64,000 nucleotides of DNA from Nitrospirota bacterium. GTDB lineage: Bacteria; Nitrospirota; UBA9217. The notes under the pieces were generated by a model. It saw nothing but the letters and a program-made list of their open reading frames with translations. It had not been told where the DNA came from and ran no database searches. Position numbers and translations under genes: made by a program. Positions 1 through 9,023 of the stretch are shown in pieces. How positions within the stretch are numbered: position 1 is the first letter of the stretch; the number at the start of each line of letters is the position of its first letter. The stretch lies in NCBI GenBank assembly GCA_963705595.1, contig CAVPKD010000002.1, forward strand, positions 261,962 to 325,961, read 5' to 3'.

Positions 1-1194
1 CAGAGAATATTGGACATGATCTCCTGAAAACCGGACCCGACCATGTGACCGCGCACCGTGTCGGACAGCAATTCTAGACGGGATACCGCGCCCACCGTCG
101 ACTGTTGCGGCATGACCGGCTCGAACGAGTCGTATCCCCTGCTGATGGCATAGTCCTCCACCAGGTCCATGGGGTGCATGATATCGTCGCGATAGGGCGG
201 CGCAACGACCGAAACCCTGCCGCCTCCGGCGGAAACCTTGTGGCCGTAGGAACCGAGATATTTTTTCACGTCGCCCAGAGACACATCCTCGCCGAGGCCG
301 GCCGAGAAGTGTGAAAGCGGCACCGTGATCTTTCCCGAGGTATCATAGGGGAATGTAATACGCTTTCCGAGCCCGGTGTCGTAGGGATAGATCACGAGCA
401 CGGGTTCGATGTCCGCGCCGCGGTCGTAAAAACTCGCTGCAAGGATATTCAGCGTGAGCACCGTCATCCGCAGGTCCGTGCCGGTCACTTCGATGAGTAC
501 GCTCCTCGTCTGCGGCTTCACCTCGCCGATCTCCCTGCTGTTGATGATCGGCGGGAACGACAGCACGCGCCCCATGCTGTCCGTGAGTATCGGATACTTG
601 GGAAAAGGTTTCACGATCCCGCCGTAGGCAATGCCCTTGGGATGACGTTCGAGGATCTCGGCAAGGGTGAGCTTCTCCTCCATGCCGAGCGGTGTGAACG
701 ACAGCGAAGACGGTTCCGCCAGCCGGTAATCCACCGGAAAGACGATCCGGTTGAGTTCGTAAATGCCGATCGAGACGGTGGTCCGCTTCCTGCCGAAGAT
801 CTCCGAGAGCTTGTCCTGGCTCTGGATCATCTGCGCCAGCACGTCGTCGTTCATGCGCAGCCGTTTGCGGTACAGGCCGCGATATACGGCCGTACGGACT
901 TCATGCTCCTTCGCGACCCTGATCTCCCGCGTCGCCTTCCTGCCGTGCTTGAAGAACGGATAGCTCTTCAGGTTTGCCGGACAGCGCGATGCGTATCTGG
1001 CGCGCGATGCCTTCGGCGGACCAGAGGTCCGGCCGGTTGCTGTCGGACAGCTCCACCTTGAGATCGTCGGTCTCGGCGTTATACTCCTTGAGCTCGGCCT
1101 TGGCGAGCATCAGGTGCTTCTCAAGCACGCTGAGGGAAAGCTTTTTGCCGATGAGGCTGTCGAGGTCGCGTTTTTTAATATCAATTGTAGGCAT
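1..1194 (-). CDS. pheT: Phenylalanine--tRNA ligase beta subunit, archaeal/eukaryal type. The N-terminus is at 1194. The gene runs past the window start and its frame is broken by indels below about 960.
   Basis: ORF 901..1194 starts MPTIDIKKRDLDSLIG...NRPDLWSAEGIARQI, typical of an archaeal-type PheT N-terminus. My own reverse-complement translation of 841..960 continues protein-like (FFKHGRKATREIRVAKEHEVRTAVYRGLYRKRL) in another frame. It sits immediately downstream of pheS. Confidence 0.6.
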
Positions 1195-1271
1195 AGTTAA
1201 AATACGAAGGTCCGGGGTCCAGTATGTCGGGGTCTAGGTTGATCTTATCGGCCTAGTCCCTGTGGCCCTAT

Positions 1272-2836
1272 TTATTCAACTGTATCTTTTTCGTCCTGAT
1301 AAAATCCAGGTCCCGCGAGAACAGGTCGCGGATGTCCTGTGATCCCGAGCGCCACCATGGCCATGCGGTCGAGGCCGAGGCCCCAGGCGATCACCGGCAC
1401 ATCCACGCCGAGCGGCACCGTCACCTCGGGTCGGAAGATGCCCGCGCCGCCCAGTTCCATCCAGCCGAGTTCGGGGTGCTTCACGTGCAGTTCCACCGAC
1501 GGTTCGGTGAACGGGAAATATGCCGGCCGGAACTGGAATTCCCCGGCCTTGGCGATCTCCTGGCCGAAGAGCTTCAGCAGCCCGAGCAGCGTCTTGAAAT
1601 TGATGTCCTCGCCGAGCACGATGCCCTCGACCTGGTAGAAGTCGGGCGCGTGCGTAGCATCAACCGCGTCGTACCGGAAACAGCGCGCGATCGAAAAATA
1701 TTTTCCCGGGATCTTCGGGCCCGACGCGAGCGTCCGCGCCGATACGGCCGTGCCCTGGCTCCGGAGGATCAGCCGTTTTGCGCGCTCGAGTCGAAGGCAT
1801 ACCGCCAGCCCGTGGAACCGGTCTTGCCGCCGTCCTTGTGCGCCGCAGCGACCCGCTTTGCCGAAGGGCTCTTCGATCTCTTTGCACGATCGCCGGTTCT
1901 TTCACAAAGTACACATCATGGATGTTCCGCGCCGGATGGAACTGCGGCATGAACAGCGCGTCCATGTCCCAGAACTCGTTCTCCACGAGCGGGCCGCGCA
2001 TTTCCTCGAACCCCATGCCGATGAACTTGTATTTCACGAAATCGAGGAATTCCTTGTAGGGATGCTTCCTGCCGATGCTCTGCCGGGGCGGATTGAGCGC
2101 AATATTGTAGGCACGGAATTTTTTATTCTTCCAGGTGCCCTGCTTCAGCATCTCAGGCGTGAGCGGCGACGCCTCTTCGCTCACCGCACCGCGTTCCCTG
2201 ATGAGCTGAAGCACCGTCTTCCCGTCAGCAGTGAGACCGTAGGATCGGTTCTTCTTCTCCGTGATGCGGAAGATCCCCTTCCCCTTGCCTCGCTTGTGGA
2301 AATTGGCTTGTATCACGGCCTGTTTGTGCGCCGGGAGGGTCGATAGGGCAATGGATGCTCCTCCGGTTTCCTCAATAACTTCCTGCAGTAATTCAAAAGG
2401 AGTGGTGCCACCCGCCGGATCAAGTTCGAGGATGCCTCCCTGGGCGATACGAACGACATTGCTTGCCTTGAGCGACCCGACAGCTGAACTCACCTCAGTT
2501 GGGGTCCATACCCCAGGACTGGATGATGTCCTTGACCGTAAACTGCTTTTTATCACGGAGCGCGGCAATGATGCGGATCTCTGGAGTGCCCTTCTCCTGG
2601 TATTCAGCACCGGTCTCAGTAAGGGTCACATAGGTTGTGACCGTTTCTCCCGTGACCTCGAGCAGGCCCTTTGACTGAAGCCAGCCTGAGGCCATATCCA
2701 GACGGGATTCGTCGAGCCCTGACGAGTTCATGATGTCCGATGCAGATAAGGTATCACCCTGATTAAAGCAGAGGAGCACCTTGTTTTCGAGCGGATGGAG
2801 GCTTTCGAGCAGTTTTATGTGGTCCGGTGTTGCCAT
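1272..2836 (-). CDS. pheS: Phenylalanine--tRNA ligase alpha subunit, archaeal/eukaryal type. It is split over three frames by apparent indels near 2510, 1930 and 1640.
   Basis: ORF 2495..2836 is a winged-helix N-terminal region. ORF 1660..2610 contains HPYKEFLDFV...FMPQFHPARNIHDVYFVKEP. ORF 1272..1619 contains FRPAYFPFTEPSVELHV...GWMELGGAGIFRPEV...AWGLGLDRMAMV, the class II motifs of archaeal-type PheS. Confidence 0.8.
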
Positions 2837-2925
2837 AAGTTGCGGATAAGATTACGTTGATTGAAAAAATTTGTCAAGAAAAAACAGATTGACGGCGCAC
2901 TTTATTGTATGATAACGTATGTTCA

Positions 2926-3336
2926 ATGGCGAGTGTGAAGGTCAAACCGACGTTAGGCTACACGATCCTGTGCGATGATGTACGTCAGGAGATGGGCGGC
3001 AAGTTCAGTCTCATGGGGCTGTTCGAAAGTATCTATGCGAATGCCTTCCCCGCCGTACATCCGCGGTTCGCCATCGTGAACGAATGGACCGGAGGGAAGG
3101 GAGAGTTCAAAGTCAGGGTAAGGCTGCTGGCCCCGGACCGCGAGCAGGTCATCTCCGAATCAGAAGCTGCTATAGTCCTCTTCAGTGAAACCCAGCGGCA
3201 CCGTGATATCTCCATCCGTTTCAACACGACGTTTGCGGTGCCGGGGACGTACTGGATAGAAACTCTGCTGGACGATGAAAGGGTGGGTTTTGTCCCGCTT
3301 ACTCTTCAGTTAATAACCGACAAAACCGTGCATTGA
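2926..3336 (+). CDS. Hypothetical protein. I take the start as MASVKVKP, though the ORF is open from 2905.
   Basis: 137-aa ORF divergent from pheS. It has a protein-like composition and no family I recognise. Confidence 0.4.
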   Translation: MASVKVKPTLGYTILCDDVRQEMGGKFSLMGLFESIYANAFPAVHPRFAIVNEWTGGKGEFKVRVRLLAPDREQVISESEAAIVLFSETQRHRDISIRFNTTFAVPGTYWIETLLDDERVGFVPLTLQLITDKTVH

Positions 3337-3557
3337 ACTTCATCACTGATTCACACGGATAAGATTTTGAAATGAGCCGGCCTTCATCTTAGATATCAAA
3401 ACAATAACAAATGCTTTCTTATACATGCGTTCAAGGAATCCGTGACCAAGTTCATTGGATACGATGAAGCATGCCCCAATGATCTTTACCGTCAGTTCTT
3501 TATCTCATATTTTCATCCGTTTGTATCCATCCCCATCCGGGCTAATTACTCCTTGTA

Positions 3558-4295
3558 TCATTCGATCGTAATGAACGACGAAATCCCTTCTTTGGCTTGG
3601 AGCTGCTTCAGGAGCTTCTCCGCAGCAGCCTTGTTTGGAAAGCTGCCGAGCCGTACACGGTACCAGGTCCCCTTGTCCGGCATGGTGAAAGAGACGATGA
3701 ACGCCGCATATCCGCGCGTCTTCATCTTTTTCACCTCTTCTTCGGCCATCTCCTTTTCCTGATACGCTGCGATCTGGATGGTATAGCGCAACTTGGGGCT
3801 CTGGCCGTGAAGCGAAGTTGCTTCCTTCTTCGCCACCACCGGAGGCTGTGCTAGCTGCTTTATGGCGGGCTGTTTTGAAGGCAACACGGCTTTCTCCTTC
3901 TCCGCCTTGACCTCAATTTTTTTATCCTTCTTGGCGGCCTGTTCGCCTTTGTCCTTAGGCCCTTCAGTGACCGCCTGTTTTTTATCGGCCTGCTTTTCTT
4001 CGGCCACGGATTTGGGCTTGAGGTCGATCGATACCGTCTTGTTTTCCTGGTCCGTCAAAGTCTTGTAGAACGTGAATTCTTCCTGTTTCTGCGGCTTGTT
4101 CGAGACCACCTCGGGAAGCGGCGGCATGATCTCCCCCTGCACGCCAGACTTGCTCTGGTATTTCCCTACGTAGTATCCTAAGAAGAAGAAGCCCACCATC
4201 AGGGCCACCCCTGCGGGAATGATGAACAGCTTTGATATGATCCCGCCTTTCTGATTGTTCATTACGAACTCCGCTCTAATTAAAAAATTAGACAT
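3558..4295 (-). CDS. SPOR domain-containing protein. It has an N-terminal membrane anchor, a Lys/Glu-rich linker and a C-terminal SPOR domain. The start may be the internal Met at 4262.
   Basis: A TM helix (IIPAGVALMVGFFFLGYYVG), a low-complexity KE-rich linker, and a C-terminal LRYTIQIAAYQEKEMAEEEVKKMKTRGYAAFIV...YRVRLGSFPNKAAAEKLLKQL, which is typical of SPOR. Confidence 0.6.
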   Translation of the reverse strand: MSNFLIRAEFVMNNQKGGIISKLFIIPAGVALMVGFFFLGYYVGKYQSKSGVQGEIMPPLPEVVSNKPQKQEEFTFYKTLTDQENKTVSIDLKPKSVAEEKQADKKQAVTEGPKDKGEQAAKKDKKIEVKAEKEKAVLPSKQPAIKQLAQPPVVAKKEATSLHGQSPKLRYTIQIAAYQEKEMAEEEVKKMKTRGYAAFIVSFTMPDKGTWYRVRLGSFPNKAAAEKLLKQLQAKEGISSFITIE

Positions 4296-4400
4296 TGAAA
4301 ATTAAAGGTTGTAAATGTTAACACTCATCATAATCCATGAAATAACTCTCCTGACATCTTATCATTTCCAATTGCCAATCTGTAAACTCCGATTCATCTT

Positions 4401-5441
4401 CTACAGGATCAGCATAGCATCTCCATAGCTGTAAAACCGGTACTTTTCCGCCACTCCTGTACGGTATGCCGAAAGGATGTTCTCCCTGCCGGCAAACGCC
4501 GAGATGAGCATGAGAAGCGTTGACTTCGGCAGGTGAAAATTGGTGATGATGCCGTCCGTTACCTTGAACCGGTACCCCGGATGGATGAACAGATCTGAGT
4601 ACCCCTCGCTGGAACCAACGGTTCCGTCGTCCGTCGACGCGGTCTCGATCGTGCGCACGCTCGTGGTCCCCACGGCGATTATCCGCCTTCCGTTGGCTTT
4701 TGCGTGATTGATTTTCGTCGCTGAATCAGCAGGAATCGAGTAATGTTCCTGAAGCATCCTGTGGTCCGCGATCATCTCAGCACGGACAGGCTGGAACGTG
4801 CCCGGCCCCACGTGGAGGGTCACCGTGACGAAGTCAACACCCTTCGACTCCAGACGCTGGAGCAGTTCTCCCGTGAAATGAAGACCGGCCGTTGGCGCCG
4901 CAACCGCGCCTTCGTGCGCAGCGTACACGGTCTGGTATCGTTCCCGATCGCGCGGGAATGGACTGCGCTTTATGTAGGGCGGGAGGGGCGTCTTTCCGAT
5001 CTCGGGGAGGACCCCCCTGATATCGTTTACACCGTAAAACCGGACGGCCCTGGTGCCCTCATCGCTGTCATTGACGACCTCCGCTTCGATGCCCGGCGCT
5101 ATGTTCAGCCTTTTGCCTGCACCCACACCGCCCTTCACCAGTGCGTCCCAGAGGTTCCTTCCGATCTCGGACAGCAGGAAAATCTCAGCCTTGCCGCCAC
5201 CCGGCTTCTTCGCCAGGAGCCTGCACGGAAATACCTTTGTGTCGTTAAGAACGAGCACGTCACCCGGCACGAGATAGTGTTCGAGATCGGAGAAAATTCT
5301 GTGCTTGATGCCGCCCGCTTCTCGCTTGAGGACCATGAGGCGCGAACGGTCCCTTACGGGTGAAGGTTCCTGAGCGATAAGAGATTCAGGAAGGTCGTAA
5401 TCGAAATCAGAAAGTTTGAGCTGTTCAGTGACTTGAGTCAT
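4401..5441 (-). CDS. queA: S-adenosylmethionine:tRNA ribosyltransferase-isomerase.
   Basis: Intact 346 aa. N-terminal MTQVTEQLKLSDFDYDLPESLIAQEP matches the QueA consensus. Confidence 0.9.
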   Translation of the reverse strand: MTQVTEQLKLSDFDYDLPESLIAQEPSPVRDRSRLMVLKREAGGIKHRIFSDLEHYLVPGDVLVLNDTKVFPCRLLAKKPGGGKAEIFLLSEIGRNLWDALVKGGVGAGKRLNIAPGIEAEVVNDSDEGTRAVRFYGVNDIRGVLPEIGKTPLPPYIKRSPFPRDRERYQTVYAAHEGAVAAPTAGLHFTGELLQRLESKGVDFVTVTLHVGPGTFQPVRAEMIADHRMLQEHYSIPADSATKINHAKANGRRIIAVGTTSVRTIETASTDDGTVGSSEGYSDLFIHPGYRFKVTDGIITNFHLPKSTLLMLISAFAGRENILSAYRTGVAEKYRFYSYGDAMLIL

Positions 5442-5681
5442 GGCGGGATATTACCATATAATGTGAGAAATTCCAAAACCATATTTCATTTGCCATTCTT
5501 AACGATCACTATCCGTGTCGGTTTAAAGCACTGCGCAACCTCCGGAGCAGGAGAAGCGCATATCATTCCCTCCAGGGCAACAACTTGTCCCTGATAGTGC
5601 TTTCTCAGTTCTTCCGTAAGTGTTCCTATGCGTCAAATCTAAAGGATCCTTTCTTGCTTCGGCGTCTTCATTCACCATTGC

Positions 5682-6845
5682 TCATTCCAGCGACCGTTTC
5701 CAGTTGTTATCAAATTCTTCATAAGAGAGCATGATGCTGTTACTGATTGCCTTGCCTGTGTCCGCTCCCGCGGCAAGTTCTTCCAAGACGCCCTTGACGC
5801 GATACATGCCGAAGCTGTCAATCATATAACGGACCGATGAGAGGCTGAACAGATAAGCGAACACGGCCTGATCGTCACCGAGCCCTATGAACGACCCCTC
5901 CAGATTCGAGAGCGGTGGAAGCTTTCCTGCCTGTGCAATACGCCTTAGCATCTCTTTCTGTCGCCCGTCAATCTCCCTTCCCTCGAAGTACTGGGCCAAA
6001 CCTTCGTTCAGCCACGTGGGCACGCGGGGCGTTATAGCACGGACCACGGCATGTGTGTATTCGTGGTAAAGGGTTCTCCTGAGTCCCGGAGTCATCTGTT
6101 CAATGCCGCCGATGGGGATGCGTATCTTCCCGTCATAGATACCGCCGCTCCAGCCCGGCGCATCGGTTACCTCCTGGAACTGCTGGTCGGAATAAAGGAT
6201 CACCTGTATTTCACCGTCAGGATAGTAAGACAGAGCGCGGCCGACTTCGCTGTAGGCGTCTTCAAGTATCCTGAGAACGATCCGTCCGGCCTCGATCTTC
6301 TCCCGGCCCTCGTACTTGACCATAAAATGGCTCGTGACATCCCGGTTAAAATCTTTCTCGGTTTTATGCTCCCTGCGTAAGCGTTCGAGCCTGGCGCGCG
6401 GGCCACTGGCAGAGGGATCAAGCTCTACGGCTTTCTCCCAGTACGATGCCGCCGTGTCGAGGTTGTCCTTGCGATAGTATAGCTCGCCCAGGAACTGGTA
6501 GGCTATTACTTCGCGAGGATTTATTGCGAGCGCACGTTTCAGTTCGCGCTCTGCATGTTCTTCATCCCGGAGATGGAAATAGGCTATGCCAAGGCCGAGA
6601 TGAGCGGCAGCCGCGGAATCGTTATGCCGGCGCGCCTGTTCGAAGGAGTTGAGCGCCCCCTGGTAATCTGCTGCCTTCATCTGCTCCATGCCGTTGTTAA
6701 GGAACCGTGCATAGGCGTTCTGCTCGGTGGTCTGGGCCGGGTTGGTAAGAACAGGGAAGAACAACGTCGTAAGGATGAAAAAGGCAACCTTTGCCACAGA
6801 TGGGCACAGATGAATGCAGGTTTTTGTTAGTTGCTGAGTTTTCAT
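5682..6845 (-). CDS. TPR-repeat protein with a C-terminal zinc-metallopeptidase (peptidase MA-like) domain. Secreted.
   Basis: Signal-like N-terminus, TPR repeats (AYARFLNNGMEQMK...LGLGIAYFHL...YQFLGELYYRKDN) and an HEYTH zinc motif (LYHEYTHAVV) with downstream NEGLAQYFEG. Confidence 0.6.
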   Translation of the reverse strand: MKTQQLTKTCIHLCPSVAKVAFFILTTLFFPVLTNPAQTTEQNAYARFLNNGMEQMKAADYQGALNSFEQARRHNDSAAAAHLGLGIAYFHLRDEEHAERELKRALAINPREVIAYQFLGELYYRKDNLDTAASYWEKAVELDPSASGPRARLERLRREHKTEKDFNRDVTSHFMVKYEGREKIEAGRIVLRILEDAYSEVGRALSYYPDGEIQVILYSDQQFQEVTDAPGWSGGIYDGKIRIPIGGIEQMTPGLRRTLYHEYTHAVVRAITPRVPTWLNEGLAQYFEGREIDGRQKEMLRRIAQAGKLPPLSNLEGSFIGLGDDQAVFAYLFSLSSVRYMIDSFGMYRVKGVLEELAAGADTGKAISNSIMLSYEEFDNNWKRSLE

Positions 6846-6881
6846 CGAATAGAGGGTCTTGTCTCTCTTCTGTCCACTGCC

Positions 6882-7280
6882 TCAGTCCTTCATCACCTTC
6901 ACGAGCACCCTGCGGTCGCGGGGGCCATCGAACTCGCAATAGAACACAGCCTGCCATGTCCCGAGCGCAAGCCTGCCCTCCTCCACCATGACGACCCTGG
7001 ACACGCCGATGATGCTCGACTTGATGTGCGCCGCCGAGTTGCCCTCGGTATGGCCGTAATTGTCGTCAAAGGGAATGACCTTGTTCAGTTCCTTCAGGAT
7101 ATCGCGCCCCACGTTCGGGTCCGAGTTCTCATTGATCGTGACCGCAGAGGTCGTATGCGGCACATAGATATAACACACGCCCGATCGGATGCCGCTCTCG
7201 GCCACCAGCCTCTGCACGCCCTGAGTGATATCCACGAGTTCCGTCCTTGAATTGGTCTTTACCCTCAGCTGCCTGATCAT
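6882..7280 (-). CDS. yjbQ: YjbQ/UPF0047 family secondary thiamine-phosphate synthase-like protein.
   Basis: 132 aa, ...CYIYVPHTTSAVTINENSDPNVGRDI...HTEGNSAAHIKSSIIG, which is typical of YjbQ. Confidence 0.8.
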   Translation of the reverse strand: MIRQLRVKTNSRTELVDITQGVQRLVAESGIRSGVCYIYVPHTTSAVTINENSDPNVGRDILKELNKVIPFDDNYGHTEGNSAAHIKSSIIGVSRVVMVEEGRLALGTWQAVFYCEFDGPRDRRVLVKVMKD

Positions 7281-7341
7281 GCACGATCCTCCTTCTGATT
7301 ATCAACTCTGGACTCTGGCCACTTGGTCCCGGACCCTTAAA

Positions 7342-8979
7342 TCATCCCTCGATCCCCACGTCTTCGCGCCCTCTTCCGCGTTTTTCTTCGGCGATCGGGT
7401 AAATGATGTGAGTAATGAGCGAGTTGATGCGCGCTAGATTTCCAAGAAGATCAAGATGGATGTGGCTTGTGTCGATGGATTCCTGAAACCCCTTGCGGAG
7501 ACGGTCCAGATGAGCCTGGACAAGCTCCCGCTCCATAGTGCCGAGCTCTTCCTTGCTCCTGAGGACGCGGTCCGCAAGGTCCCGATCATTGCTCGCGAAC
7601 GCAGAGATGGCAGTGTCAAAGTTCTCGATGATCTTTTTGTGGAACGAAATAATCTCGAGCATCCCTTCTTCTGAAAAAGTAAGCCCTTTGTTGATTCGCT
7701 TCATGGCAAGCGGCATGATGTTCCGATCGATGATGTCTCCGATGCTTTCAAGGTCGCGGGAGATCTCCAGGACGACCATCGAGCGCCGGGTCTGGGATTC
7801 AGATAGATGAGAAGCAGACAGTCGGGTGATATAGAGCCGGATATGGCGATCGAGGAGATCGATCAGGTTGTCCTTGTTTTTTATAGCCGTTACGGTCGAT
7901 TGATCGTCGCTCTCAAATACCTTAACCGAGTCGATGAGCATCTCCCGCACGATGTCCGATGCCCGGAGCGCTTCGCGTGCGGCCTGTCCCAACGCAAGCG
8001 CGGGAGTTTTGAGCACATGGTCATCCAGGTACAGCGGGCCGAACTTCTTTTCCTCGGCCTTCTCGGGCACGAGCTTTATGATAAGTTTCGAGAACAGAAT
8101 AGTAAAGGGAAGGAACACTAATGCCATGATCACGTTGAACAGCGTATGGGCATTCGCTATCTGCCGCAGGAGGTCTGGGGCCGTGTGTATTACGAGGTTA
8201 TGGAACGGGCCCAGGAATGGCAGGAGCAGAGCGACGCCGAGTACCTTGAAGAGGATGTGCGCCCACGCGACCCGTCGCGCTTCGGCAGGAGCGCGCAGGC
8301 TTGCTATCAGCGCGGTGGAGCAGGTACCGATGTTGGCGCCGAGCACAACGTAGATTGCCGCGTCGAGAGTAATGAGGCCATGTCCGGCAAACGCGAGCGC
8401 GATACCGATGGTGGCCGCGCTGCTGTGAATTAGTGCCGTAATGGCGGCAGAAAGCAGGATCCCGGTGAGCGGACTCCCGATCAAGACAAGCAGGACCTGG
8501 CGGAATAGTTCGTTCTGTTCAAGCGGAGCCATGGCATCGGACATGATCTTGATTGAAAGGAACACGAAACCAAACCCCAGCAGACCCTGTCCGATGTTCT
8601 TGTAAAGTTGCCTTTTGGAGAACAGCTCAAAGAGGAGACCTATGCCGATAAGGAGAATGGCATAATCGTAGACGTGAAACGCTATGAGCTGGACCGTGAG
8701 CGTGGCGCCGATGTCGGCACCCAGGATCACGGCCAGGGTCTGGCGGAAGCTCATCAGCCCCGCGCTCACGAACCCCACGAGCATGACCGACGTGGCGCTG
8801 CTCGACTGGATGAGGCCGGTGATGAATGCTCCGGCGCCCACGGCAGTAAGCCGGTTGCTCGTGAGTGAACGTAGCAGCGAACGGATTCGGGGTCCTGCCG
8901 CGTTCTGCAGTCCGTCGTTCAGCAGCTTGATGCCGTAGAGCAGGAGGAGCACACCTCCGAAGAGGCCTATATAGATCAT
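7342..8979 (-). CDS. Na+/phosphate cotransporter family protein (NptA/YjbB-like) with C-terminal PhoU-like domains.
   Basis: Intact 545 aa. Multiple TM segments with duplicated GANIGT / ILGADIGAT motifs, and a C-terminal PhoU-like helical region. Confidence 0.85.
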   Translation of the reverse strand: MIYIGLFGGVLLLLYGIKLLNDGLQNAAGPRIRSLLRSLTSNRLTAVGAGAFITGLIQSSSATSVMLVGFVSAGLMSFRQTLAVILGADIGATLTVQLIAFHVYDYAILLIGIGLLFELFSKRQLYKNIGQGLLGFGFVFLSIKIMSDAMAPLEQNELFRQVLLVLIGSPLTGILLSAAITALIHSSAATIGIALAFAGHGLITLDAAIYVVLGANIGTCSTALIASLRAPAEARRVAWAHILFKVLGVALLLPFLGPFHNLVIHTAPDLLRQIANAHTLFNVIMALVFLPFTILFSKLIIKLVPEKAEEKKFGPLYLDDHVLKTPALALGQAAREALRASDIVREMLIDSVKVFESDDQSTVTAIKNKDNLIDLLDRHIRLYITRLSASHLSESQTRRSMVVLEISRDLESIGDIIDRNIMPLAMKRINKGLTFSEEGMLEIISFHKKIIENFDTAISAFASNDRDLADRVLRSKEELGTMERELVQAHLDRLRKGFQESIDTSHIHLDLLGNLARINSLITHIIYPIAEEKRGRGREDVGIEG

Positions 8980-9023
8980 GGTGTAACTATGCCTAATTTT
9001 TCCTTATTCGTCAACGGGAAACT

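Noticed and set aside
642-1061. A 139-aa ORF on the plus strand at the left edge.
   Set aside because: It is antisense to pheT, whose minus-strand translation is clearly PheT-like. The Arg-rich composition suggests a spurious ORF.
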